IMG/VR virus record: IMGVR_UViG_3300017589_000136
Location: 1-35,908 of that record
Source of the DNA: a virus
Taxonomy: Duplodnaviria; Caudoviricetes
Direction: 5' to 3' (one strand)
DNA length: 35,908 bases
In this document: positions 17,731-26,914 of the stretch, one piece after another
Layout of the letters: each line of letters opens with the position of its first letter
How positions within the stretch are numbered: the first letter of the stretch is position 1
Notes under the pieces: generated by a model
The model's input: the letters and a program-made list of their open reading frames with translations, nothing else
Databases searched by the model: none
Told to the model about the DNA's origin: nothing
Program-made: the position numbers and the translations under genes

Positions 17731-19263
17731 ATGCAAGTACAGGACAAGCAGGCGATCGAGCGCTACCGAGAAAAGCTCGAAATGATACGGCGGGGCAACG
17801 CCATAAACCCAAACGAAACCAAGGCCGAGCAGCGCGAGCGCATAGAGCGGGCTAAAAAGGACGTGCGCTACTTCGTGGCGACCTACTTCAAGCACTACGC
17901 CGATGCTGAAAGCGCCGACTTTCATGTGGCGTTAGCTAACCGTGTTAAGAAAAACCCCAAAAGCCGGGAGCTGGTGCGCTGGGGGCGTGGGCTTGCCAAG
18001 TCGGTTTGGTGCGACGTTATTATTCCAATTTGGCTTTGGGTTAACGGGGAGGACGTTTACATGGTTATCGTGGGCAATAACTACGATAAGGCGGCCATAC
18101 TTCTATCCGATACGCAAGCAGAGCTGGAGGCCAACCCGTTGCTGGTGCATGATTTTGGGGAGCAAAAGCTAAACGGCTCGTGGACGGATGGGGACTTTCG
18201 CTCCAGAGATGGGCGGTTTATTGGCAAGGCGCTAGGCATGGGGCAAAGTCCCCGCGGGCTTAGGGTTGGCTCAAAGCGGCCAAACTACATTGTTCCAGAC
18301 GACTTGGAGGACAAGGATACCTCCAAAAATCCAAAGCGACAGGACGAGGTGGTGGAGTGGATATTGCGCGACCTTATTCCAACTATGGACGGTCCGGTAC
18401 GTCGCTACCTTCACCCGAACAACGACCCGTGGCCGCGATCCATTCAAAACCTGCTGGAAAAGCGGAACGCAAAGTGGCACGTCGATTTAGTTAGAGCCTA
18501 TAACCCTATAACATATGCGCCTGCATGGCACCAGAAGTATCCCAGCACCTACTACAAGGAGGTGGAAGAGGATATCGGCTCCATCGCTGCGCTGGCAGAG
18601 TATAACCACGACCCGCACGTGGAGGGTAAAGTCTTTACCGATGACCTGATTCAGTGGGGCAAAGCGCCGCGCATCGACCACTTTCAGCATATTGTAGGCC
18701 ACTGGGATGTGGCGTTTTCGGGAAAAAATGACTACAACGCCGTCAAGGTATGGGCGCTGTATGGACGACAGTTTTGGCATTTAAAAGCTTTTTGTAAGCA
18801 GTGTAAAATGGCTGACGCTATTCGCTTTATGTATGACTACGAGGAAGAGCTAAAGCAGCGATCGGAAAAGCCAATAATTGTCCACTGGAAGGTGGAGGAG
18901 CAGTTTTGGAATGATCCCGTGCGGCAGGCTATTGCCGAGGTGGAAAAAGAGAAGGGACGCCCGCTTAACCTCGTGGTCAAAAAGCGTTCAACGGCCAACA
19001 AGTTTGACCGTATTCTCACGCTTCACCCTTACTATCAGAATGGGCGACCCTACTACGACGAGAGGGAAAAAAGCAGCAACGACATGCAGGTGGGTATTGC
19101 CCAGCTCAAGGGCATTGAGCCGGGATACCGCACGCATGACGACGGCCCCGACGCAGACCAGCAGGCTATGGAGGAGCTCGCCAGCTTCCTCCAGCAGGAC
19201 GCCTTCGAGCCACGCGTGACCTCAGCCGCCGAAATTCGTAAGTTTTCACGTAACCGCTTTTAA
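17731..19263 (+). CDS. Terminase large subunit
   Basis: Walker A-like WGRGLAKS, Walker B IVPDD, nuclease WDVA...DY and HDDGPDA. Confidence 0.9.
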   Translation: MQVQDKQAIERYREKLEMIRRGNAINPNETKAEQRERIERAKKDVRYFVATYFKHYADAESADFHVALANRVKKNPKSRELVRWGRGLAKSVWCDVIIPIWLWVNGEDVYMVIVGNNYDKAAILLSDTQAELEANPLLVHDFGEQKLNGSWTDGDFRSRDGRFIGKALGMGQSPRGLRVGSKRPNYIVPDDLEDKDTSKNPKRQDEVVEWILRDLIPTMDGPVRRYLHPNNDPWPRSIQNLLEKRNAKWHVDLVRAYNPITYAPAWHQKYPSTYYKEVEEDIGSIAALAEYNHDPHVEGKVFTDDLIQWGKAPRIDHFQHIVGHWDVAFSGKNDYNAVKVWALYGRQFWHLKAFCKQCKMADAIRFMYDYEEELKQRSEKPIIVHWKVEEQFWNDPVRQAIAEVEKEKGRPLNLVVKKRSTANKFDRILTLHPYYQNGRPYYDEREKSSNDMQVGIAQLKGIEPGYRTHDDGPDADQQAMEELASFLQQDAFEPRVTSAAEIRKFSRNRF

Positions 19264-19265
19264 AA

Positions 19266-19703
19266 ATGGCTAGATTCATAAGAGAGGATGACTATGACGT
19301 GCAAGTTCGCACGGAGATAGCCCGTATTATTGACCCAACCGCTGAGCGGCGCAAGCTGATGCGCGCCGAAGACATGGCCATTAGCCAAGTCCGCAACTTC
19401 ATTGCCAGCCGCTACGACTGCGATAAGGTTTTTACGCCTGCAGTTGAAGGTCAGCCGGACGACCGCAACCAGTATATTGTAATGCTGGTCATCGACCTTT
19501 CACTCTACCATCTATGGAGCAAAGAGGGCGGCAACAACATACCTAAAACTCGTGAGCTGCGCTACACCGATGCGCTGGACTGGCTTAAAGCGATTCAGGG
19601 GGGACAACCCGCTGACCTCCCAAAGCTAACGGACAGCAACGGTGCTACGGCCTCCGATATTCGTATTTGGTCACTTCGCACCCAAGAGGATAACCGCTTT
19701 TAA
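19266..19703 (+). CDS. Head-tail adaptor (Mu gp36/DUF1320-like)
   Basis: IDLSLYHL..RY.DALDWLKAI motif. Confidence 0.82.
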   Translation: MARFIREDDYDVQVRTEIARIIDPTAERRKLMRAEDMAISQVRNFIASRYDCDKVFTPAVEGQPDDRNQYIVMLVIDLSLYHLWSKEGGNNIPKTRELRYTDALDWLKAIQGGQPADLPKLTDSNGATASDIRIWSLRTQEDNRF

Positions 19704-19712
19704 CTAACGTAT

Positions 19713-20969
19713 ATGCGTAACCCATTCAATTTTTTCGCTCCACGGGCTGCCGCCCAGCCAAGCGCCCCGACAGGTAAGGGGGTCGGTATTATTATGCAAA
19801 TTGCCGGGGAGTTCTCCGACCGCTCCCGCGCCGATATACAGAAGTGGAGGCAGGCCATTCAAGCAGCCGACAACCCTGAAAATCCGCGCTGGGCTCTCAT
19901 TCAGGATATATACAGCAACCTGATGACCGACGGCCACCTAACCGCCGTGCTCAACCTCCGCAAGGCGGCCACCATGGCCAACCCTTTTTTCATAAAGGAT
20001 ACGAATACGGGGAAGGAAATACCGGAACTTACCGCTTTGCTCGAAACAGAGTGGTTTTACCACATGCTGGAGCACGTGCTGGATACCGTTTTTCATGGCT
20101 ACACGGTGCTGGAGCTGGTAGACCCTGTTACTATGCGGTGGGAGCTGATACCCCGCCGAAACTGTGTTCCCCAGCAGCAAAAGGTTTTGTTTGAAGCGTT
20201 TGGCGACCGTGGCCTTTGCTATGCTGATCCAGCCTACGCTAAGAACGTGCTGGAGGTAGTTAGCCTTAACCGCTTTGGACTACTAAACAACGTGGTGCAT
20301 CAGCTTATTTGGAAGCGCAACGCGCAGCAAACGTGGGCGGACTTTGCGGAGCGCTTCGGCATCCCTATGGTGACAGCGGAGACGGACAAAACGGGTAAGG
20401 ATGACCTAGATAAGCTGCAAAAATCGCTAATGATGCTTGGCCAAACGGCTCAAGGGATTTTACCAAGTGGCACGAAAATAACCATACACGACCAGGTGCA
20501 AAAGGGTGACCCATACAAGGTTTTTCAGGAGCAAATTTCTACGACCAACGGGGAGGTTTCCAAGGCCATTATTGGCGGCACCATGGTTGTCGATGACGGG
20601 AGTAGCCGCAGCCAATCCGAGGTGCATGAGCGAACGCTTGACTTTAAAATTGCCGAGGCTGACCGCCGCATGGTGGAGTTCTTCGTTAACGGCAAGCTAA
20701 TTCCTCTTTTGCGCCTTTACGGGCTTAAGTTCCCGGACACCTGCCGCTTTTCCTTCGACAGAACCGAGCGAATTAGCCTCAAGGAGCAGTGGGACATGGT
20801 TCAAGGTGCGCTTAACACCCTCGACATTCCTATAGACTGGATTTCGGACACCTTCAACATGCCGATTACGGGAGTAAAGGCTGCGGCAAGCGTAACCGTT
20901 CCCCCCGTCAGTGCGGACAAGAACAAAAACAAACCCGCCCCCAAGGGCATGACCAAAAATTTTCAGTAG
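19713..20969 (+). CDS. Portal protein (Mu gp29/DUF935)
   Basis: DGHL..RK, WADFAERFGIP, SKAIIGGT and GSSRSQSEVHE motifs. Confidence 0.9.
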   Translation: MRNPFNFFAPRAAAQPSAPTGKGVGIIMQIAGEFSDRSRADIQKWRQAIQAADNPENPRWALIQDIYSNLMTDGHLTAVLNLRKAATMANPFFIKDTNTGKEIPELTALLETEWFYHMLEHVLDTVFHGYTVLELVDPVTMRWELIPRRNCVPQQQKVLFEAFGDRGLCYADPAYAKNVLEVVSLNRFGLLNNVVHQLIWKRNAQQTWADFAERFGIPMVTAETDKTGKDDLDKLQKSLMMLGQTAQGILPSGTKITIHDQVQKGDPYKVFQEQISTTNGEVSKAIIGGTMVVDDGSSRSQSEVHERTLDFKIAEADRRMVEFFVNGKLIPLLRLYGLKFPDTCRFSFDRTERISLKEQWDMVQGALNTLDIPIDWISDTFNMPITGVKAAASVTVPPVSADKNKNKPAPKGMTKNFQ

Positions 20970-20977
20970 GGAGTAGC

Positions 20978-22321
20978 GTGCCGACGGCCGCCGCTGCTCC
21001 CCAGAAGCTATACGAGCCGTGCCCCTGCTGTGGGGGTGCTTTGCCATTCGCCGAAGGGGCAATACCACCAGACGCGGATGCTGCCCTGCGTAGGGAGGTT
21101 GAGCGTATAATTGTGGAGGTTTACAAGGGGACAAACGCTGTTGTGGACGTGCCCCTTTTCAAAATTGTAGGAGCGTTACTGGAGGGGGGCGTTGTTAAGG
21201 GCTATGGGAAACCGCTTGCTCAGGTAGACTTTGACACCCCAGATGCAGAAATGCTCCACCGCCTCACACGCGATACCTGGCACTTTGCAGCGGCAAAGAA
21301 CTACCAGCACATGCGAGACCTTACCCTTGCGCTGGTGGATGAAAACGGCAAGGCGCGCTCCTTTGGAGATTTTGCCGAGGCGGCTAATGCCGTAAGCGAA
21401 AAGTACAACCGAGGGTGGCTGCTTACGGAGTATAACAGCGCCGTTGGTTCCGCTACGATGGCGGCTCGCTGGGTGGACTTTAAGAAAAACGAAAAAACCA
21501 TGCCTTACCTGCAGTACCAAACGGTGGGCGATGACCGGGTAAGGGACTCCCATCAAGCGCTTGACGGCGTTATCCGAAAAATGGCCGACGGGTTTTGGGA
21601 TACGCACTACCCGCCAAACGGCTGGGGCTGCCGCTGCGACGTGCTACAGCTGGCCACCAGCATGGCTAAGGAAACCGAGAGCATTCCAGACGTTCCCGTA
21701 AACCCGCTGTTTCGCACTAACCTTGCAAAAACGGGGCTAGTATACCCTAAGAACCACCCATACTACGAGGGCGTGCCCTTTGAAGTCCTCCGTAAGGCGG
21801 TTGCCTACCTACCTCCCGATGCCGGGTATAAGCGCTGTAAGGCGGGTAACACAATGGTCGATGTTCACCTGCTACACTTTAAGGGTAACGAGCAGGGGGT
21901 GGCAGAGTTGACTAGGCACCTAAGCGTATGCAACGAGCTTAGTAAGTTGGGCTATAAAGATTTTAAGCTACTGCCAGACATCCACGAAAAAGACATTGCA
22001 ATCAAGCCCCGCTTTTACCCCAAAGGTTACAAACCGACAAATATCAAAAAGAACCCTGACTGCTGGATGCGTAGCGCAAAGGGTGAGGACATGGTTTGTG
22101 ACTTCAAGGTGCTGGAGGGTAGCGGTCGTAACTTTTCAACGCGTCTCAAAGAGGCAGCAGAGCAGGCAAATTACGCAGTAATTAAGGTAACGCACGAGCA
22201 CGAGGACAGCGTTGATAGGATTAAAGGGAAGATTGGCAAGGGGCTTGGTAGCTACGAATCACTACGCGGTGTAATTGTGCTCGATGGCGGTGGAGCACTG
22301 CTGTGCGAGGGCTTTAAATAA
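20978..22321 (+). CDS. MuF (gp30) minor head protein with C-terminal CdiA-like PD-(D/E)xK toxin domain
   Basis: MuF core YQTVGDDRVRDSH...PPNGWGCRC; C-terminal extension with KNPD...DFK and EAAEQA. Confidence 0.85.
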   Translation: MPTAAAAPQKLYEPCPCCGGALPFAEGAIPPDADAALRREVERIIVEVYKGTNAVVDVPLFKIVGALLEGGVVKGYGKPLAQVDFDTPDAEMLHRLTRDTWHFAAAKNYQHMRDLTLALVDENGKARSFGDFAEAANAVSEKYNRGWLLTEYNSAVGSATMAARWVDFKKNEKTMPYLQYQTVGDDRVRDSHQALDGVIRKMADGFWDTHYPPNGWGCRCDVLQLATSMAKETESIPDVPVNPLFRTNLAKTGLVYPKNHPYYEGVPFEVLRKAVAYLPPDAGYKRCKAGNTMVDVHLLHFKGNEQGVAELTRHLSVCNELSKLGYKDFKLLPDIHEKDIAIKPRFYPKGYKPTNIKKNPDCWMRSAKGEDMVCDFKVLEGSGRNFSTRLKEAAEQANYAVIKVTHEHEDSVDRIKGKIGKGLGSYESLRGVIVLDGGGALLCEGFK

Positions 22322-22385
22322 AAAAGCAACGAGCGTAAAACCGAAGTCTTAGCGCTCGCTGGGTCGCCCGTCTCGCAAGACCGGC
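22318..22385 (-). ncRNA. Candidate small RNA convergent with the MuF-toxin gene
   Basis: Two hairpins; the long one has a C(UUCG)G loop and two G-U pairs only on the - strand and is followed by a U-tract; consensus promoter directly upstream. Confidence 0.68.
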
Positions 22386-22388
22386 ATA

Positions 22389-22396
22389 CAAATATA
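22389..22396 (-). promoter_or_regulatory. -7 promoter element for the candidate sRNA
   Basis: TATATTTG on the - strand is a perfect TAnnTTTG match. Confidence 0.68.
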
Positions 22397-22435
22397 CGGT
22401 AAACCGCTTAAAAAGATGCAACAAACTGTAAAAAA

Positions 22436-24304
22436 ATGAATGGACAGGCAAAAGTTCAGCTTATTCTTGAGCTAAAGAACAGGCTTAAAACGGGGCTTTC
22501 CGAGGCAAAGCAACGGGTTTGCTCCACCGTGGACGAGATGAAGGGTAAGTTAGGCTCCCTAAAAGGCTCGTGGAAGAGCGGCCTTGGCTCCTTCGATGGC
22601 CTTATGGGTAAAGTTTCCTCCCTAAAGTTAGGCCACTCAAAGGCTTTTCAAGCGATGAAAAGCGAAGTGCCAGGACTTGGGAACGCAATAGGGCTGCTCA
22701 CAAACCCCTACGCCCTTGCTACGGCAGCAGCGGTAGCACTTGGGGCTGCCGGGTTAAAGGCCGCGTCCTGGTCTAACGAATGGGCCACCAACATGGCTAA
22801 GGTAAACGTTACCGCTCAGCTTTCCCATAAGGAGCTGGACGCACTTTCGCAAAAGCTCGTAACGATTGGGGAGCGGAACGTTACCCCGCTGGAGGAGGTG
22901 CCGCAAGCATTCAACCGAATTATATCGGCGGGGCTTGACGTTAACACCTCGCTCAAGGTGTTGGAGCCAACCCTTAGGGCTTCAAAGGCGGGTTTTGCCG
23001 ATCTCGAAACCGTGGCCGCGGCGGGGGTGGGTGTAATGGCCTCTTCCGGCGAGGATATAACGCGCGTTTACGACATTCTTTTCGCTACCCTAAATAAGGG
23101 TAACGCTGAGTTTAACGACATCGCGCAGTATCTTCCTAAAATTGTCCCCCTCGCCAAGGGTGCTGGTTTTGCCCTTGACGAAACAGCAGGGGCATGGGCC
23201 TTTCTAACGGCGCAGGGGCAAAAGGCGGAGCAGGCTACCACCGGCATAATGAATATGGTAAAGGCCTTTTCCACCAAGGATATTGTAAAGAACCTTGAAG
23301 CCAGCAACATCAAGGTATTCGACAAAGGGAAGATTATGCCAATTGTCTCCATTGTAGAGCAGCTGTCCGGTAAAATGGCCAAGCTGTCCGATAAGGGGAA
23401 AATGAACTTTTTGGATTCCATTGGGCTAAGGGACATGGAGGCAAAGGGGGCAATCCTATCCATGGTGCAGAACGTCGGCAAGCTAAAGGAAGTAACAAGC
23501 GCTACAGCCAATAGCGCAGGAGCGCTTGGGCAAGCTTACGAGAATGCGAAGACTCCGCTTGACGAGTGGAAAATAGTGGTAAACAACCTAAAGGGTTCGG
23601 TTATGAAGCCCATAGGTGACTTTCTCCTTCGCATCGCCAGCAGCGTTGGAAAGTGGGTGCTATCAATAGTTAACTACTTTAAAACGCTCTACCGAGAGTC
23701 AGCGCTATTCCGCGATATACTTTCCGGCATTGGGTTAGCCATTTCAGTGTCGTTTAAAGCGATTACTATGCCCATTAGGTTGGTGGTAAACCTTGTAAAG
23801 CACCTGTTCTCCCTCTTTAAAAATTCTAAAATTGGCGGATGGATTGAGAAAATGTATCTTAAAATTAGGCCTTACATAAAGTGGTTGACCAACATTTTAG
23901 GCCAGGTTGCGAGCATTCTCTACAAGTTTTTAACGGCCGATTTTAAGGGGGCTTGGAATGGGGTAAAGTCGTTTAAGATAACCAGTATTGAGGAGATAAA
24001 GAAAAGCCAAATCAGGGAGCAGCAGGATATGGCTAAGGAGGAAAAAGACCCCTTTTCTGCCAACGAAGGCTCGCCGACAGCCAACGCTAACGCCGACGGC
24101 ACCAAGCTAAACGACACAACTGATAAGATTACGGATAGGGGGCAAGCGCCGCGCAGCATAACGATCAACATTGACAGCTTTGTGAAGGGGGGCATCAATA
24201 CCCAAAACACCTCCATGCAGAAAATGGACGCGCGGGAGTTGGAGGCCTTTTTCCGCGACATGCTGCTGCGCACCATTGCCAACGTTCAAACCTCATACCA
24301 GTAG
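22436..24304 (+). CDS. Tail tape measure protein
   Basis: TP901-type core (MAKVNVTAQL, DILFATLNKG, QGQKAEQATT), hydrophobic helices, C-terminal RSITINIDS. Confidence 0.88.
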   Translation: MNGQAKVQLILELKNRLKTGLSEAKQRVCSTVDEMKGKLGSLKGSWKSGLGSFDGLMGKVSSLKLGHSKAFQAMKSEVPGLGNAIGLLTNPYALATAAAVALGAAGLKAASWSNEWATNMAKVNVTAQLSHKELDALSQKLVTIGERNVTPLEEVPQAFNRIISAGLDVNTSLKVLEPTLRASKAGFADLETVAAAGVGVMASSGEDITRVYDILFATLNKGNAEFNDIAQYLPKIVPLAKGAGFALDETAGAWAFLTAQGQKAEQATTGIMNMVKAFSTKDIVKNLEASNIKVFDKGKIMPIVSIVEQLSGKMAKLSDKGKMNFLDSIGLRDMEAKGAILSMVQNVGKLKEVTSATANSAGALGQAYENAKTPLDEWKIVVNNLKGSVMKPIGDFLLRIASSVGKWVLSIVNYFKTLYRESALFRDILSGIGLAISVSFKAITMPIRLVVNLVKHLFSLFKNSKIGGWIEKMYLKIRPYIKWLTNILGQVASILYKFLTADFKGAWNGVKSFKITSIEEIKKSQIREQQDMAKEEKDPFSANEGSPTANANADGTKLNDTTDKITDRGQAPRSITINIDSFVKGGINTQNTSMQKMDARELEAFFRDMLLRTIANVQTSYQ

Positions 24305-24307
24305 CCA

Positions 24308-24880
24308 ATGGGTGAGACAGCAGCGTTTATTGAGCTAATCAACAGGGTTACCGATGCTGTGGCCGCTATCCCCCAGCGCGCCGCAACCCTTGCCGTTAAC
24401 TTTAGCAAGGAGCGATTTCGGGCGCAGTGCTGGGTGGACACCACCTCCCAGCCCTGGGCAAAGCGTAGGGCTGTGCGATGGGGGCGCAAAGAGCGTGCCG
24501 GGCGTGCCTTGCTTGTGGATAGCGGACGCCTCAAACGCTCAATTAGAAAGGTGCTAGTCGATCCGGAGGTAGTTGTAATCGGAACCGATGCCCCCTATGC
24601 GCGAGTGCACAACGAGGGGTTTAGGGGCAAAATCACGCAAAAGGTAAGGTCGCACAAGCGCGCGCTTACCAAGTTTGGCGCTATACCGGGAAAGGAGCTA
24701 AAGCGCAGCAGCCGCGTAAGCTTCGGTCGCGTAAAGCACGGCGAGGCTTCGGTGAAGGCCTACAGCAGAACTATTCGCGTCAACATACCAAAGCGGCAGT
24801 TCATAGGGCCATCGGCGGTGCTGGATAGGCAACTCCAGCGCATGATGACGGCCGAAATAACCAAAGCAATAAAAGGTTAA
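24308..24880 (+). CDS. Virion morphogenesis protein (Mu gpG-like)
   Basis: LVDSGRLKRSI, GTDAPYARVHNEG and IPKRQFIG motifs. Confidence 0.88.
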   Translation: MGETAAFIELINRVTDAVAAIPQRAATLAVNFSKERFRAQCWVDTTSQPWAKRRAVRWGRKERAGRALLVDSGRLKRSIRKVLVDPEVVVIGTDAPYARVHNEGFRGKITQKVRSHKRALTKFGAIPGKELKRSSRVSFGRVKHGEASVKAYSRTIRVNIPKRQFIGPSAVLDRQLQRMMTAEITKAIKG

Positions 24881-24883
24881 AGC

Positions 24884-25444
24884 ATGGAAATTGTATATAA
24901 AAAAATCGTTGAAACATTCAACGCCCACCCGGAAGTGTTTACAAGCAGGGGGCTCCCTGTAGTTCGACAAATTGACCTGAACATTGGGCAACCCGACGAC
25001 CCCGAAAATTTCGAGGTATTTTGCCCCGCCATGTTTATATCGTGGAGCATTCGACCGGGAACGGGGGGCGAGTCTGACACCTTAACGCTAGACTTTCACT
25101 TGCTGCAAGAGCCGACAGCCAACACCGAAAACTTTAGCAACGTTGCCGTTGTTGGTGTTGAATACATTAAGCTAATGGAGGCAGTTAAATACCTTTTAAA
25201 CGACCTTAAAACGAGCGCTACCACGCCGCTAAGGTATGCAGGAGAGCAGCCAGCGGTTACACCATACTTTCGCTACCACGTTGTTAGCTATACGTGCAGC
25301 ATTGATGCCTACACCGATAGCATTCACAAGCCAGCGCTTGGTGAAGGGCAGCTGAGCGGAATAGTGTTAAAGGAGGGGAAATTGAGGGAAAAACAGGATA
25401 GTCCTAAAGTGGCTGCGCTGGAGGTTGACACCTATAGCCGCTAG
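24884..25444 (+). CDS. Putative tail terminator / neck protein (gp37-like)
   Basis: IDLNIGQ...PAMFI pattern; follows gpG. Confidence 0.6.
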   Translation: MEIVYKKIVETFNAHPEVFTSRGLPVVRQIDLNIGQPDDPENFEVFCPAMFISWSIRPGTGGESDTLTLDFHLLQEPTANTENFSNVAVVGVEYIKLMEAVKYLLNDLKTSATTPLRYAGEQPAVTPYFRYHVVSYTCSIDAYTDSIHKPALGEGQLSGIVLKEGKLREKQDSPKVAALEVDTYSR

Positions 25445-25662
25445 AATAGCGTGGCCTGTCTCGGCTGAGCATCTAGCTTGCAAAGTTCGCGCTTGGCCGG
25501 TGCAGAAAGGTAGTTGTAAAAGGTGCGCTTGCTAATGCGGTAGGCTGGGTGAATAAGGTTGAAAAACACCCACTCCTGCGACACTCCGCGGTTTGTGTAC
25601 GATAGGGTGGTGGTTTGTATGTCTATTATACGTTGCAGCCGGTTGCGTTGTGTGTAAGCCAT
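25441..25662 (-). CDS. Small HTH protein, putative late-gene activator (Mor/C analogue)
   Basis: YRISKRTFYNYL HTH-like motif; last leftward gene before the late genes; ends in QATLF. Confidence 0.62.
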   Translation of the reverse strand: MAYTQRNRLQRIIDIQTTTLSYTNRGVSQEWVFFNLIHPAYRISKRTFYNYLSAPAKRELCKLDAQPRQATLF

Positions 25663-25678
25663 CTCCCTAAGATTTATG

Positions 25679-25686
25679 CAAATATA
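25679..25686 (-). promoter_or_regulatory. -7 promoter element for the HTH gene
   Basis: TATATTTG on the - strand, 16 bp before the ATG. Confidence 0.62.
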
Positions 25687-25691
25687 AACAC

Positions 25692-25730
25692 AACAGCCGT
25701 GACTTTTCAAAAAATCACGGCTGTTTTTTT
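25692..25730. terminator. Intrinsic terminator, possibly bidirectional
   Basis: 11-bp stem AACAGCCGTGA/TCACGGCTGTT with a T-run on +; just past the stop of the T9SS gene. Confidence 0.75.
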
Positions 25731-25746
25731 ACACGGGGGAGAACGG

Positions 25747-26526
25747 CTATTGCTTAATGACCTTTTGGGTTATACCGTCTACCCGAACGTAGTAGATACC
25801 GGTGGGTATTTCCTGAACGCTAAAGCTCACTTTTTCGGAGTTGGGTTTCATAGTGGCGATTAGCATTCCTTTTACGTTGAACAGCTCCACCAGGCCCATC
25901 CTATCCGCGCTCGTAACCGTAACTACATCCTTCGTGGGGTTGGGGTAAACGTTAAACCTTGCGTTGCCAACCTCGCTTACGTTTGTTGGCGGGTCTGTTG
26001 GAGTTGTTGGGTTTGTTGGGATGTAAAATGGGTTTAACTTGCATACGGAGGAAAGTGGTGTGTTACCCTGCTGCTTATTATACGTATTCCAGTAAATGTA
26101 ACCTCCTAATATATTACCACATTCGCCAAAATGCAACGTCAACAATTCACCGTCCTCATCCAGTAAGAAGGTTACTCGCTCCAATGCTGGGCTATCAAAG
26201 GTAATTTCAAAGGCAATTTTCCCTTTTTGTAACGCATTATATAACGTGTTATTCATTGAAACAGCCTTATAGTTAACATTAAAACTTATGCCAAACTGTT
26301 GCGGAATTACAATCTCATGCTCCTTTACAAGGGCAAAGGTGGTGTCGTAAATGCTGAACATCCACTTGGTGTTAGCATCATTTTTATGGTAGGTTACAAA
26401 CATAACCCCCTGTGGGGTAGCGCAGGCGCTCATGTGAGCATTGGTAAAAGAGTTTTTCCAAACTATCTGAGCCTTAGCAGTCGTAATGGCTGCCGTAATT
26501 ACCATTAGCAATAATATCTTTTTCAT
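25747..26526 (-). CDS. Secreted protein with type IX secretion (type A) C-terminal sorting domain
   Basis: Signal peptide MKKILLLMVITAAITTAKA|Q, P/T linker, CTD VYPNP...LFNVKG...IPTGIYYVRV...KVIKQ. Confidence 0.9.
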   Translation of the reverse strand: MKKILLLMVITAAITTAKAQIVWKNSFTNAHMSACATPQGVMFVTYHKNDANTKWMFSIYDTTFALVKEHEIVIPQQFGISFNVNYKAVSMNNTLYNALQKGKIAFEITFDSPALERVTFLLDEDGELLTLHFGECGNILGGYIYWNTYNKQQGNTPLSSVCKLNPFYIPTNPTTPTDPPTNVSEVGNARFNVYPNPTKDVVTVTSADRMGLVELFNVKGMLIATMKPNSEKVSFSVQEIPTGIYYVRVDGITQKVIKQ

Positions 26527-26590
26527 CTTACTGGGTTTTGAATTGTAGTGTAAAGATAGCTGTAATTGGTCTAGCTGGTTCTGTGATTTA

Positions 26591-26914
26591 TTAAACGTTA
26601 TTGCTGGAGGATACAACGCAACCTAAGTGAAGCACAAAATACACTTTACCCTTAACCGCTCCCCACTCGGTAATGCCCTGTCGAATTGCGATGTATTGCA
26701 GCTCGACAACCATTTGCCGACGAGTTTTGGCGTAGCCATTTGAAAAAGTAACCGTTTGAACGTTTTTGTTCTTTGCGTTTGTCATCCTTGCTTTCCAGTA
26801 GTCTGTCAACTCGCGGTATTCCTCCTTCTTTTGACCAGAAAGCACCATATCAAACCACGTTTTGTGGAGGTTTAGGTGTATCGTTGCTGGTTCCTTTGCC
26901 CTGTGATATTTCAT
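26591..26914 (-). CDS. ASCH domain protein
   Basis: WFDMVLSGQKKEEYRE motif and VTFSNGY. Confidence 0.82.
   Translation of the reverse strand: MKYHRAKEPATIHLNLHKTWFDMVLSGQKKEEYRELTDYWKARMTNAKNKNVQTVTFSNGYAKTRRQMVVELQYIAIRQGITEWGAVKGKVYFVLHLGCVVSSSNNV

Noticed and set aside
21996-22435. Protein immunity gene for the MuF toxin
   Set aside because: The only candidate (21996-22181) is an out-of-frame ORF inside muF, and the downstream gap has no ORF.
26527-26616. Extended N-terminus of the T9SS protein given in the ORF track
   Set aside because: The signal peptide begins at ATG 26526, and the upstream stretch contains the likely promoter.
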